Notes under the pieces: generated by a model
What the model saw: only the letters and a program-made list of their open reading frames with translations
What the model was told of the DNA's origin: nothing
Database searches by the model: none
In this document: piece by piece, positions 49,517 to 61,774 of the stretch
How the letters are laid out: every line of letters begins with the position of its first letter
Position numbering within the stretch: the first letter of the stretch is position 1
Source of the DNA: Antedon mediterranea
Lineage: Eukaryota; Animalia; Echinodermata
DNA: 64,000 nucleotides
Direction of reading: 5' to 3'
Assembly: GCF_964355755.1 (NCBI RefSeq)
Contig: NC_092680.1
Span: 6,262,001 to 6,326,000, forward strand
Translations under genes and position numbers: made by a program

Positions 49517-51342
49517 TCTATATATAAATTTACGTAAGGGCAAAATTCGGTAAATCGCGCCTTACTTCTAGAATTTTTACTCGATGGTATGTAAAGTTGG
49601 TTCGTACTTTCGGTACTGATTTTAACCACCTGATGTAACCCTGTTTACTAATTAAATTAAGTTAGATAATTAGTTATTGACGATTAAAACGAATTTAGGT
49701 TCAACGATTTGCCCCAAATAGGGGTGTTTTCCGATCGTGGTATACACTGTCTAATGGATGTCCATCTTGAAAAATACCCGCCACAAAAATGCGAGGAGGC
49801 TTCGCATTTTCCTATCTCCTCCAACGATAATTGTTTTTAATAGCTGAAAACCGGTTGAACAGTTCGAGTACAGCATCATAATGTTGAAGACAGGCCGATT
49901 TTCTTTAAAAAATACTATTTTGATACATTTAATATACGTTTTTACAAATGTATTGATTTGTGATGAATGGAACATTCCAAATTATTTGGTTTAACCATAC
50001 AGGTATAGATTTAGATTTATGGGCCCCCTTGGAGAATAAACATAAATAGTATTGCAATGCTGTACAATACTGTTAAGGTATTAACCACTTTTGATCGCAA
50101 TTTGAATCGCAAATTTCTTACTGTGAGTGTTGGTACTGTTAGATGTAATATAAAAATATATACAAATAAACTTTATTACTGTGAGTGTGGGTAGGCCCTA
50201 CTGTTAGATTATAAACATATAATATACAAATAAACATTCCAAATTATTTGGTTTAACCATAGAGGTAGAGATTTAGATTTATGGGCCCCCTTGGAGAATA
50301 AACATAAATAGTATTGCAATGCTGTACAATACTGTTAAGGTATTAACCACTTTTGATCGCAATTTGAATCGCAAATTTCTTACTGTGAGTGTTGGTACTG
50401 TTAGATGTAATATAAAAATATATACAAATAAACTTTATTACTGTGAGTGTGGGTAGGCCCTACTGTTAGATTATAAACATATAATAATAATATACAAATA
50501 AACATTCCAAATTATTTGGTTTAACCATAGAGGTAGAGATTTAGATTTATGGGCCCCCTTGGAGAATAAACATAAATAGTATTGCAATGCTGTACAATAC
50601 TGTTAAGGTATTAACCACTTTTGATCGCAATTTGAATCGCAAATTTCTTACTGTGAGTGTTGGTACTGTTAGATGTAATATAAAAATATATACAAATAAA
50701 CTTTATTACTGTGAGTGTGGGTAGGCCTTACTGTTAGATTATAAACATATAATATACAAATAAATAAACGTTATTACTGACAGTTGCTTCTCAACGTTTG
50801 TATTAATTAATAATTTAAAAATATATAAACGTCGTAGTGGTGTATCGTTACATGTACTTTACTATTTCAATCGACTATGACAGTGAGAGTTTTAACAAAG
50901 TACCGTATTAAATCGTAAATGTTTTACTGTATTTAGTGGTATATTATTTATAGGCCTATAAAACATTAAAAACAATATTTCGTTACTGAGTGGATAAGAA
51001 TATATTTTAAAATGTTTCCTCTTTGTACCTATCTTCTTCCCCCATCCCTCAACCCTTAATGTTACATACAAAACACAAATTGGGTTTGTTTAAATGAGTC
51101 CAAATAAAAAAATTTGACTCATTTTGTTTCTCTCTCGGAAGTAATTCCCAGGGTGCTAATTTTGGTTGACTACATAAATCATTGTGTATATTTATTCGTT
51201 TCTGTAAACGACAATGTATTATAGTCCTGCGGTACGTACATTTGAAATCTCCATTTTTTTCTCGCTGGAAATACTGTGCATTCGAGAACCATCTGTGGGC
51301 ACGACCTAGATGGTACGCGAGCGAAGCGAGCGTGCCATTTAG
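49517..51342 (+). mobile_element. Non-autonomous Helitron family 1, copy 2 (ALDH7A1 intron 2)
   Basis: A|TCTATATATAAA...GCGAGCGAAGCGAGCGTGCCATTTAG|T; three ~262-268-bp internal tandem units starting at 49971, 50233 and 50501. Confidence 0.9.
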
Positions 51343-51385
51343 TAATCATAATTTTACTAAAAAATATTAACCTTTAATTTTATAG

Positions 51386-51466
51386 ATACCTGGTCCAAAA
51401 CGAGGAGAAATTGTGCGTCAAATTGGAGATGCCTTGAGAGAAAAGAAAACAGAGCTTGGCAAATTG
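51386..51466 (+). CDS. ALDH7A1: ALDH7A1 exon 3
   Basis: [27 protein letters not shown], 81 nt, AG/GT flanks. Confidence 0.95.
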
Positions 51467-54084
51467 GTATGCATTTGAAAATTTATATATTTTCTGAGGC
51501 TGTTTCAATCTAGTCCGTAAAGACTATAAGAGATTGTGATAAAAAAAAAATATCATCTAAGCAATTTTTAACAGTTTTCAATTTATTTGTATTTTGAAAA
51601 TTTTAGGTTGCTACTATTGCATTGCACTATTATAAACATGTGCAGATTTAGGCTTTAGCTCCCCCTCCCCCTCCCCCCCCCCCCCTAAAAAAAAAATTAA
51701 ATATTTAACAGACATGTCTTTCTCACTTGTTTAAAAAAAAATAAAACGCTGACTACTGTATGCATTGAATACAAAACAAAGCACTGTCTGTGTGAAGAAC
51801 GTTTCCCATACTTAAAACATGTATCCTTAACATACGCAAACAAAATGTTACGTCGGTGTGTTTACTGTTCAAGAAAAGTATGATCGTTTTGCTGATTGCT
51901 GCGACCGATACATACATGTCATTTCCAGACCAAATAGACTAGTGCCATTTTATCATGAATTTTATTTGTGAGAGTACCATTTCCACCCATCATTTACCGA
52001 AATTCACTTCACCACAGGCCCAACATTGTGGCCTGTGGCTCAAATACTTAGTGTTGGAGCCCCCACTGTTTCAAAATCCTAGATCCGCCCTCCCACCCCC
52101 CTACATACAGGGTTGTTATAACACTTTGTCTGACTGATATATCAAATTGAGCACCAAAGATTGGTTAATTAAAATGTTCCAATCATCATATGAAATGCTA
52201 CAAATAAATCAAAATAAAAGTTCTAACGAAAACAAAATTCTGTACATCTTACAATATTTGTGTGTTACTGTTAGTTACAAATGTAAATTTATTCTTAAAC
52301 AATGATGGTTTAATGTGATATTTTTCCAAGAAAATACTAGGGATTGACATTTAATTCACCTAATATATCGGTTACATTTACATGCCTTTAAGTTTTATTC
52401 CTTTTATCTTACCTCGGTTTAATTAGTTTTCTTGTTATTATATTTAATGCAACATGGATACCTTTTGGATGACATCAAACAGAATTACAGAGTTTAATCT
52501 AAGTGGATTACAACAAGGAGATCATTTTGAGTTTTTTTTCGTTTACTGTTCTGGAATATCAATCTTAACAATGAAATATTAACACCTAAGGCATTATTCC
52601 CGCTATAAATAAAGGATAAGCTATAGTAATATTTATTGCCTTCAGGTACTCTGTTATCATCTTCTTCCTAACTGTAGGAGACATTATGTCTGCTGCTAAA
52701 ACCCAGCTTATATTTGTGCATAATATATGTTCCAAAATAAATTAGGTAACGAAGACCCTTTGGCTACCATTTTACCAAACCAATTAAAAATCGTCCATTT
52801 CTGAATTTAAACTTTATTGAATTTATCCATTTTCAATTCGGTTTTGCGACAAATGTTAAATCATTTCAATTTAATCTTTCAAAACAAATTAAAATTAAGC
52901 TTTTAGCCTATTTAGTTTGATTTTACCTGGATTTAATAGTACAGTAATTGTACTAGTAAATTGTATGACTGTTTCACCCTTTAAAACGAGTGCCCGATTT
53001 ACTAAAGTTACCAATGAAGGATGTCATACATAAAGCAGGGGGCTTGCAAGGGTTGAAAGGTTCAATTGACTTGAATTGTTATAGATAATTGAAAAGTATA
53101 TTGTGGAGTCAACATAGGCTTAGTGGAGTAATAAATTTTAGGTTGCCTTTTAAATTTAAATATACTATTAGGCGCCTAATGAATTACACCCGAATTGACT
53201 TCTTATTAGGAAACTGTAAGCGCACAGGTACATATTACAGTGCAGTGTATAAACTTTTTTTATTTTTATAAACTAAGTCTCATTTGAAACTTAAGCTCTC
53301 TCTACATTACACTATCAAACTTAATGTGACAAAAAAATGTGATGTGTCCATATATGGACATGATGATGTCATATCATTACCACATTTGGGCATATCACTA
53401 CCATATTTGGGTACATCAAACTAGATGTTATCGTTGACCTTGCATTAAATAATGAAAGTACAATACAAACTAGGAATCATTCTTATTCCAATGTAGAGTT
53501 TTTTAAGTAGAGTCAAAGTACTTGATCCAAAAATTTTCAAGATCATACAAATCAACTGATCATAAAAGAAGCTCATTTCTTTTCATAAAATTGTTAAAGT
53601 AAAAGGTCAACCAACATTCTTTTTTTTTATTAAAAGGGAAAGGGATTTATTGTATTTGTTTCATTTATTTATTTGACCAAAACAAAATCAGGCATATCAC
53701 TACCATATTTGGGCACATCACACTTTTTTCAAATCAGTTTGATACTGTTATAGACCTTAAGGACAATTATAGTTTTGGTAGAGTTTCTGACAGTTTTTTG
53801 GAGAGTGGTTTTGACAGTACTTTGTATAATTTTTGACAAAAAACTATTTTTGTATTTTGATATTTCATATTTCATGCCAGCAACACATTTTCCAGAAATG
53901 AATGGATAGAATAAAATTGAATCTGTGTATGCGACTATTGTATACTCAGTTATTATTATTTTTTATTATTCATTGTATTTTTTATTTCCTGAAACATTAG
54001 AAAATTTAATGGCAGCCAAAAGCTGATATTAAGTATATTTTACAAAGTTTTGTGAGATGTACAACATTTATTTCTTATTTTTAG

Positions 54085-54208
54085 CTTTCAGTTGAGGTTG
54101 GCAAGATCCTACCAGAGGGAGAAGGTGAAATTCAGGAGTTTGTAGATGTCTGTGACTATGCCGTGGGACTCTCCAGAATGTTTGGTGGCAACGTCTTCCC
54201 ATCAGAGC
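54085..54208 (+). CDS. ALDH7A1: ALDH7A1 exon 4
   Basis: [41 protein letters not shown], 124 nt. Confidence 0.95.
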
Positions 54209-54336
54209 GTAAATATTTGTTACAATGTTATTAGTTCTTTTAAATAGAGCTTGGTTCTGTGTCAAACTTTTACACAAACCCTAATTTTGTTATTAATTCA
54301 GTACACATTGAGAAACATTATTTCTAGCAAAACGTG

Positions 54337-54444
54337 AAAAAAACAAGGCCATGTACATGGCTGCAGTCACATGCTCAAGTAAGTGTTTACCGACCAACCA
54401 ACCAACATAGTGAGCTGTAGAGTCGCGTTGCACGCCACTAAAAA
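54337..54444 (-). mobile_element. HINE
   Basis: AAACAAGGCCATGTACATGGCTGCAGTC...(ACCA)n...GAGTCGCGTTGCACGCCACTAAAAA. Confidence 0.7.
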
Positions 54445-55779
54445 TGTATGCTCCAACTGTATATTTATTTTTTTATAAGCCTTACCTGTGATAGTCCAAC
54501 AGGGGAGTTCCCTGGTCCAACATTACTCAATTAAAGCTAGAATTGTTATTCAGTACACATTGAATTACATATTCATTAATTCTAGCAAAACGTGACAAAA
54601 AATTGTACAAAGTTCATGCATTATACATACTCAATTAAAACTACAATTGTTTTTTAAAAAATAATTTTAAAAAAAATGCAATTTTTAAAACAATAGAGTA
54701 TACATAACAATAAGATAAATTGTAAATATAAATATGTGGGAATATTAAATAAATAATAAACATACTTTACACTCACCATATTATTTTTCATAACTTCAGT
54801 TCCAAATGTGCTATCTGTTTGAAATCAAGTTAGATGAAATTGCCTTAAAATTTGATCAACAAAAACCCCCATGATCCTCTGTGTATGTTACCATGGCTAC
54901 TGCTTGTCATTACTGTCTATGAGACTAATTGACAAACTAACATGATTTATTTGTTTTGCTGGCAAACGAAATAACCAAACTCTTAGTTTCAATTACGTGT
55001 ATATATTTGCCGACCTTCTAGATTATGAACTAAAAAAGATGTTTTAAATGAACATGTCATCAGAGAGACACTAAATCAAATTGAAATTTCAATATAATCA
55101 TACTCCTGTAATTTACTTTGCTTGACCACACATCATACCATAGTGCAATTTCACCTCTGTAATAAGACTCAACGATTTAAAGTATTATTGATACTGTTTG
55201 AAAATTCTTTCCAACTCAAAATACTAAGATTAAAACTGATGAAAAGCGACGATAAGTTTCATTAAAAGAAATCGAAAATGGGGAAATCAAAGGGGCAAGC
55301 ATAAGGTTGTCTTATCTACAAAGGAAAAATATTAAAAACTTAAAGCATCATGTCAAGTGAATTTTGTACTAGGCGAGACCTACAGGTAGAGAGAATAGAA
55401 AATCTGACCAATGTGTGTACAGTTTTTGACTCGCTGTTTTTAAATTTACGCCATATTAATGAGAGCAAAATGAATGCATTAATGAAGAATTCTCAATACA
55501 CTGATACAGTATATGTCAGAGTTGGGCAAAATATCGAACCATGGCGTTTATTATAATATCTTTCTGATCTGACGAATTATTTATTAAAATAGATAATTCT
55601 TAAAATACTTATTATTTTAATAATGATTTCTGAAAGTACTGTAATTCCCTTATTAAAGTCAATGTATTATCCAAGTACTGTAAGGCATACCAGGCAAAAT
55701 CTGAGCAATAATTCATATCGCATAAAATGAACAACTTTATCATATTAAAAGGTAATATGTGGCTGTTTGTGTTGTCTAG

Positions 55780-55912
55780 GTCCTGGCCATGCTTTGTTAG
55801 AGCAGTGGAATCCAATTGGCCTCGTTGGTGTTATAACTGCTTTTAATTTCCCAATTGCTGTGTATGGTTGGAATACATCTTTATCATTGGCTTGCGGGAA
55901 TACAGTATTATG
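55780..55912 (+). CDS. ALDH7A1: ALDH7A1 exon 5
   Basis: [43 protein letters not shown], 133 nt; ALDH7-type TAFNFP motif. Confidence 0.95.
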
Positions 55913-56502
55913 GTAAGTACCTTCTTTTTAAAGTCATTGTTTAAGACAAGTTTTTATTTATATTTATCTATTCATTCAAAAGACATAACAATCAAAACAT
56001 TGAGAGATTCTCAAACCTGTACCGCAAACCTAACGTTACTACTGTTTATTCGCCATGCAAACCTCTAAAGAAAATTATATATTATTCCCTGTTTAATATG
56101 CTATTTTAATGTCATATACAGTAATACTGTAGTTTACATTGACTAAAAATGTAATCGAAAGCAAAAAATAGTCAAATTGGCTACCAACCAATACCTTTTT
56201 GTTGAATTTAATCGTTTGTCTTTTTATAAGTATAAACTTTGTTTTTGTGGGTTTTTTTTTCCCTTCAAAAGTGATTAACTTTATTAAAACTACAAAATTA
56301 CCTATTCAAAGCTTGATTTTGTTGTCATTTTCAGAGACAATACATTTTTAAACAATATTGTATCTATGATTCGCATTATCATATTATAAACAAGCCTTTA
56401 TTGTAGTCTAATATCCTCTTTTACTAAAGTTCAAATTTCTTTTGAGAATCAATATTCATCTGTACTCGAATCCTAAAATCATTTTTTGGTGTCATGTTGC
56501 AG

Positions 56503-56547
56503 GAAAGGTGCCCCTTCAACACCGCTTGTCAGTGTTGCAATAACAAA
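56503..56547 (+). CDS. ALDH7A1: ALDH7A1 exon 6
   Basis: KGAPSTPLVSVAIT, 45 nt. Confidence 0.93.
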
Positions 56548-56909
56548 GTAGGTTATTTCACATTTTATACTGATTGTACAGTAATCAAAAATTTATCTCG
56601 TTTACACTACATGGCCTATGGCATTGTATGTTTCATTATCTTAAATGTTTTTTTTTTCTAATGTTTCTAAATTCCACTTTAGTGAAATGTAATAGCCATC
56701 ATGATGCTAATATTTCCATCTTGCATTTTATTTCTTGGCCATTTAACTGTTAATTTTGAAACATGAAATTAAAGAAATATCTTAATCGGAAGACTTTTTA
56801 AATGTACTCCGTCCACTTTTCCATTCAAATCTCTCCTAAAAACGTGCATATTTCAATAGTTATTCTTTTATTCTAGTATATTTTTCACATCTATTTTCTC
56901 AATTTCTAG

Positions 56910-56987
56910 AATTATGACCGAAACACTAATTAAAAATGGAATTTCACCAGCGGTTTGCACAATGGTAAATGGAGGTGCTGACATTGG
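56910..56987 (+). CDS. ALDH7A1: ALDH7A1 exon 7
   Basis: IMTETLIKNGISPAVCTMVNGGADIG, 78 nt. Confidence 0.93.
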
Positions 56988-57917
56988 GTAAGTTTAAGTT
57001 AGTTGAAGGTACCTATTATAATCTAAAGCTCTGTCAAACTTTATGTGACAAGCAAATGGGATGTACCCATATATGGACATGATGATGTCATATTTGGGCA
57101 TATCACTACCATATTTAATGTGTAATAAATTGTATTTTGTGCTGTTTGTATTGTATTGTTGAGGGCCCCAATGATCAGCTTTGTTGGATGAGCTACCCTC
57201 ATGAAACATGGTTCAATAAAAAAAAATACTATTAAAATAATATTTAGCAACCAGTTTTAAAAGAAGTTTGATGTTTATTATGAAAAGCAGTGGCTGCTCT
57301 GTCACTGTTTACATCCAACCAGTGTCCAAGATTATTTTAGCCAATCATAGTCTACCTAGAGAACCGTAAATTGTTAAAATCTTCTAAGGGCATAATGCGA
57401 CTTCATTACCTAAGAAGCGTTAATCATTCATATCATACTTTCTCAAAAGCCCTATAGATAGTTCTAAATATTCTGGAAACATTTTATTTGTATTATTTAG
57501 CCTCATAAAAAAAGCTTATTCTGTAGACTGCTCCTCCTCAACCTACTCTATGATTTTCTCTCAACTTACTCCTTTTGACAAAAAATAACAATTTTCTTCC
57601 TTAAATTCATCAGTAAAGTTGTTCAAACTATTAGGATCATCCTTTTAACCCAATTCTTCCACCTTATGTATTTATATTGTATTGTCTGTTGATGCAGACA
57701 TTTCATTTGATGACATCAGTAGCCAATACAACAAATAGAAATTGTGAAAACAAGAATATGTTTGTATGTGTGTTTTTGTATTGAAATATTGTACATACAT
57801 GAAGTATTGTCATTTTTGCTTTGTAATATTATACTGATTGTACCTTTATTTTTGTGTAGGTTTTTTCAAATTATCTGCAGACATTACTTTATTCTTTATT
57901 TATATGCTTAATTTTAG

Positions 57918-57975
57918 TGAAGCTATGTCGCATGATAATAGAATTCCACTGCTATCCTTTACTGGAAGCACAGAG
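57918..57975 (+). CDS. ALDH7A1: ALDH7A1 exon 8
   Basis: EAMSHDNRIPLLSFTGSTE|GTGAGT, 58 nt; NAD-binding FTGST motif. Confidence 0.95.
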
Positions 57976-58179
57976 GTGAGTTAAAATCATGCTTTATTGC
58001 CAACTTATTGTGTCCTCAGGCAATCGATCTATCTGCATTTTATTTATACCAGTAATGATGCAATTTCAGATGTTACACTATTATTGAATGTTGGCTACTG
58101 TAAATTACTGAGTGGAAATAATGCTTAGAGGCCATGTCAAAGTCAAAAGTAACATTTAGTTCTCGTTTAAATTCATATG

Positions 58180-58490
58180 ATTGAAATTGAAATATATATT
58201 TATACTGGGTAACCTCTTCAGTCAAAGACTGGTCTCCCAGAGGGCCCAGTTGGTGATCAGTGGCTGTGATGTACTAATACACCGGGGTAACCCCCTACTC
58301 GTCTCGAAAGATGTACTAGGTTCTTTAAAGTGCACACGAGCTAGATGTGTACACTGGACCTAAGGTTTATAGTCCTTATCCGAGAAGACTCGTTCTACCA
58401 CCATGGAGTGAGTGAGCCTCGAACCCATGCCGATGTTATGGCTACGTAATTACGGTTCCACTGTCTTAACCGCTCGGCCACTCACTCACT
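58180..58490 (-). mobile_element. tRNA-derived SINE with Deu/Nin-like central domain and L2-like tail
   Basis: A box TGGCCGAGCGG, B box GGTTCGAGGC; body GGATAAGGACTATAAACC...TAAAGAACC...TCGAGACGAGTAGGGGGTTACCCCGG; tail GGGCCCTC..CAGTC TTT GACTG..TACCC and TTTCAA repeats. Confidence 0.75.
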
Positions 58491-58744
58491 CATGAGTATA
58501 ATAAATGTATATAATAAATTACAATAATTTGATTTTAAACTAAATGTGGCAAATCCATAAAAGCAAAGCTTTAACAGGCAGCCCAAAAGAAACTGAAAAA
58601 GAACAACAATAAAACATGAGCCGGAAACAGGAAAATTTATAAATAAGTAATAGTATTATTACAGTACAGAGATAAAAATTTACTTTACTTACTTACTGTA
58701 GTTTATCCAAAACAAAATGAACCTAACTAGCAATGTTCGGTTAA

Positions 58745-59367
58745 AGCCCCATTCCCTACGTTTTTTAGATCTAATTTAAGATCACAAACTATATTTAATG
58801 TAAAAATAATACTATATGGTCCTATTGCGATAACTTTTTTCGTCTTTAAAACGGTTAAAAATGTGAAAAATAAGTCGATTCTAATAATTATAGCGGCCCG
58901 CTATAAATCCCAAAATGCATTGCGCGCGGATTGATATTTTTGTTTTTCACCTGTAATTCGCCCACTGATCGATCGTGAGGCCAAAACAAATGGAAGACTC
59001 CTAACTTTTCAGCGAAAATACCGGGTTTTCCCCAATTTGTATCAACGGAGTCTGGCAAAAATAGAAAGACAATTAATGCAGCAACTATGCAACGTCAGGC
59101 TAGGTATATAGCTCGTGTACGATGTTCGTACGTTACCGATGTTTACCAGCTAGGCCTACAAAACTAAGCCTAGCTAGGCTAGGCCTAAGACCGTCCACGA
59201 GAGGTCGATCGCGGCGAGCTGCTTAGGTAGTGCATTGTTTCTCACTTTTTATCATAATTTACCATAAAACGTACATTTAAGACAAGGAATGACATGGTTT
59301 AATGTTTTTAAAGTGATATATATGTATTATTTTCCAAAAAACGTCCAAAATTGCAGGGAAGGGGTCT
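58745..59367. mobile_element. Kolobok-like non-autonomous element
   Basis: TTAA|AGCCCCATTCCCT ... AGGGAAGGGGTCT|TTAA; imperfect TIR, TTAA TSD. Confidence 0.7.
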
Positions 59368-59824
59368 TTAACATTTCAAATTTACAGTAATTATTAAGCC
59401 TCAAGTACTTTTGATATGTAACTATTTTTTCCAAGCTTTACTGCTACTCTCCTAGAGTTGATTTTGAGCCTTGTAGTTTGTACAGTGTATATTTGTTGTC
59501 TAAAGCCCTGTCTACATTATCAAACTAGTTTGACAAAAACAAGTGTGATGTGCTTTTATAGTAGTGATGCCCAAATAGGGTAGTACTATGACATCGTCAT
59601 GTCCATATATGGGCACATCACATTTTTTGTCACATAAAGTTTGATTGTGTAGACAGAGCTAGTAATAATAATTATGAGCTAATAACACAAATAAATTACA
59701 GAAGTTTCAAGTTTCTTATTATTGCACTTATTCGGTTGTTTTCTTGAATTTGGAATAAATTTACTTTATGAGTTTGTTTTCACAAGACATGATTAGGAAT
59801 AAGGTATTTTACTTTTGCTTTTAG

Positions 59825-59906
59825 GTTGGTAACAAAGTCGGTACAGCTGTACAGAAACGCTTTGGCCGCTCTCTTTTGGAACTTGGTGGAAATAACGCTA
59901 TTATAG
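59825..59906 (+). CDS. ALDH7A1: ALDH7A1 exon 9
   Basis: VGNKVGTAVQKRFGRSLLELGGNNAII, 82 nt; catalytic Glu motif LELGGN. Confidence 0.95.
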
Positions 59907-60538
59907 GTAAGAATTTTTTAAACGGTACTATACAGGAAACAGAATGTACCACAAAAGTTAGGTTTGTGGTAGCATAATGACCAAAAACGACATTTTCAAC
60001 CGTTTCAGAAAAAACAATGTACCATAACTTAATTTTACTAGTACTCACCATGCAAACAATAATGTACCATCTTATAATCAGTATTCTCAAACTAATAGTT
60101 GTTTTTTTTTTTTGCACTAAACTAACCATTTAACTTAACATTTAGGAAAAGTTTTCCAAGTGAAATTGATATGCAGTTGTCAAATGTAACATTTAAGTGT
60201 GATTAATGGCTCTAAGTTTTAAGAGGCCTGTAAAGTTTCTGCTTTCCGAGGTCCAAGGCGTCGTTTTTTGAGGAAATCGATTTGTGAGTTATGACCAGCA
60301 TTAAAGGCAAGAGTCAATTAGAGCCTTTTTACAGATGATTGATGTGGCTGTTAAGCATTTATTGTGCATGTTTAGCTGTAATTTAGGAAAAGGCAATTTT
60401 TAAATTGAGGTTGTTAAATGCTTGCGTGAGGTTCAAATGGGTTTTGAGGTTAGCGGTCATTGTCAAGTGCCCTGGTTTGTGTACCTAGCATTATATTACA
60501 TTGATGATGCATATATTCAATTTACAATTTGTGTATAG

Positions 60539-60633
60539 TTATGGAAGATGCGGATTTAGATATGGTTGTGCCTGCTGTTCTGTTTGCATCTGTGGGTACA
60601 ACTGGTCAACGATGTACTACAACAAGACGTCTG
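60539..60633 (+). CDS. ALDH7A1: ALDH7A1 exon 10
   Basis: [31 protein letters not shown], 95 nt; catalytic Cys in GQRCT. Confidence 0.95.
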
Positions 60634-60665
60634 GTAAGTGAGACTAGTGATGCTTTTTGTGGTTG

Positions 60666-61774
60666 CAGGGCTCGATTTATCTTTTTCATGTTGCTAGCCC
60701 GCTGGGCTAGTTCACTGTAGATTTCACTAGCCCATACATTATTTTACTAGCCCACTCTTATTATCGCACCGTGATAGCAGGGCCGCCATATAAATGAATT
60801 CAGGCATTTTGTACAATAGAGGGCGCACTAATCTAAACGCTCGAGAATTGCTACACATTTACATACATACTGTATTAAACTATTATTGCATGAAAAATTA
60901 CACAAAATTGTATTTCTTTATTGTTCACATTATAAAAATTAACTTTGCGTCGCGACGCATAGTCTATTTCATGCTCACCATATTCACAGAATCGATTTAT
61001 TGAGGTCTTTTTGTTGTTGGGCTTCAACCTAGCCAAGAAAACTAATTAGATTCTGTCTACCTTAGCCTAGGCCTGGAGCCTATTATTTATAGTAGGGTAG
61101 CTAGGATAGACCTAGAGGCCTACCTAGATCGCATTGGAGCACCTGGCCTACTCAACTGTTACCAAAATGGTAGTATCTAGCTAGCTGCTGAGCAGCCATC
61201 ACGATGCCAAACGATGGCTTTTGATTCTATCTAGGCCTATACATATTATAAAATATGGCCTCCATGGCCTACCTACAGGGATAGAGCCAGCCACCCGGCC
61301 CTACAAAATATCCCTAGCTTTGATCTGTGACAACCAGGGCCGGCCTGACAAGACTAGACAAGTTATTTTTAACATTGACAAAATTCTACTACATTTGGCC
61401 AATCACAGTTCGTTATTTATGGTCATATTTTTGTGACACGTTTGACCTGATAATGAAGCTCCGCCTACTTCACAATAACCTGGGTGACAAAAACATAAAT
61501 GGCCAATCATAATTCGGAAAATTTGCTTGATTATGAGAGGCTCCGCCTACATCATCACTTGTTATGGCCACAGCAGCGCGCGAGTGGTTTTTTTTGCTGA
61601 TGTTGCCAAGACATTATGTCTTTTATGCTGGAGTTATTTTTATGAGGTCATTTCGTCCCAATTTCGAGTTCCCACAACCTACTAGCCATCCGGGCTTAAA
61701 GGAAGATACTTTAGGTAGCCCGGAGCTGTTTTTACTAGCCATTGTACGCCGGGCTAGCACTAAATCGAGCCCTG
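60666..61774. mobile_element. hAT5-like non-autonomous element
   Basis: Perfect 14-bp TIR CAGGGCTCGATTTA / TAAATCGAGCCCTG, subterminal CTAGCCC repeats, 5-bp TSD GGTTG. Confidence 0.85.

Noticed and set aside
55235-55272. Other CTGATGA occurrences as hammerheads
   Set aside because: No stem II followed by GAAA and no closing stems.
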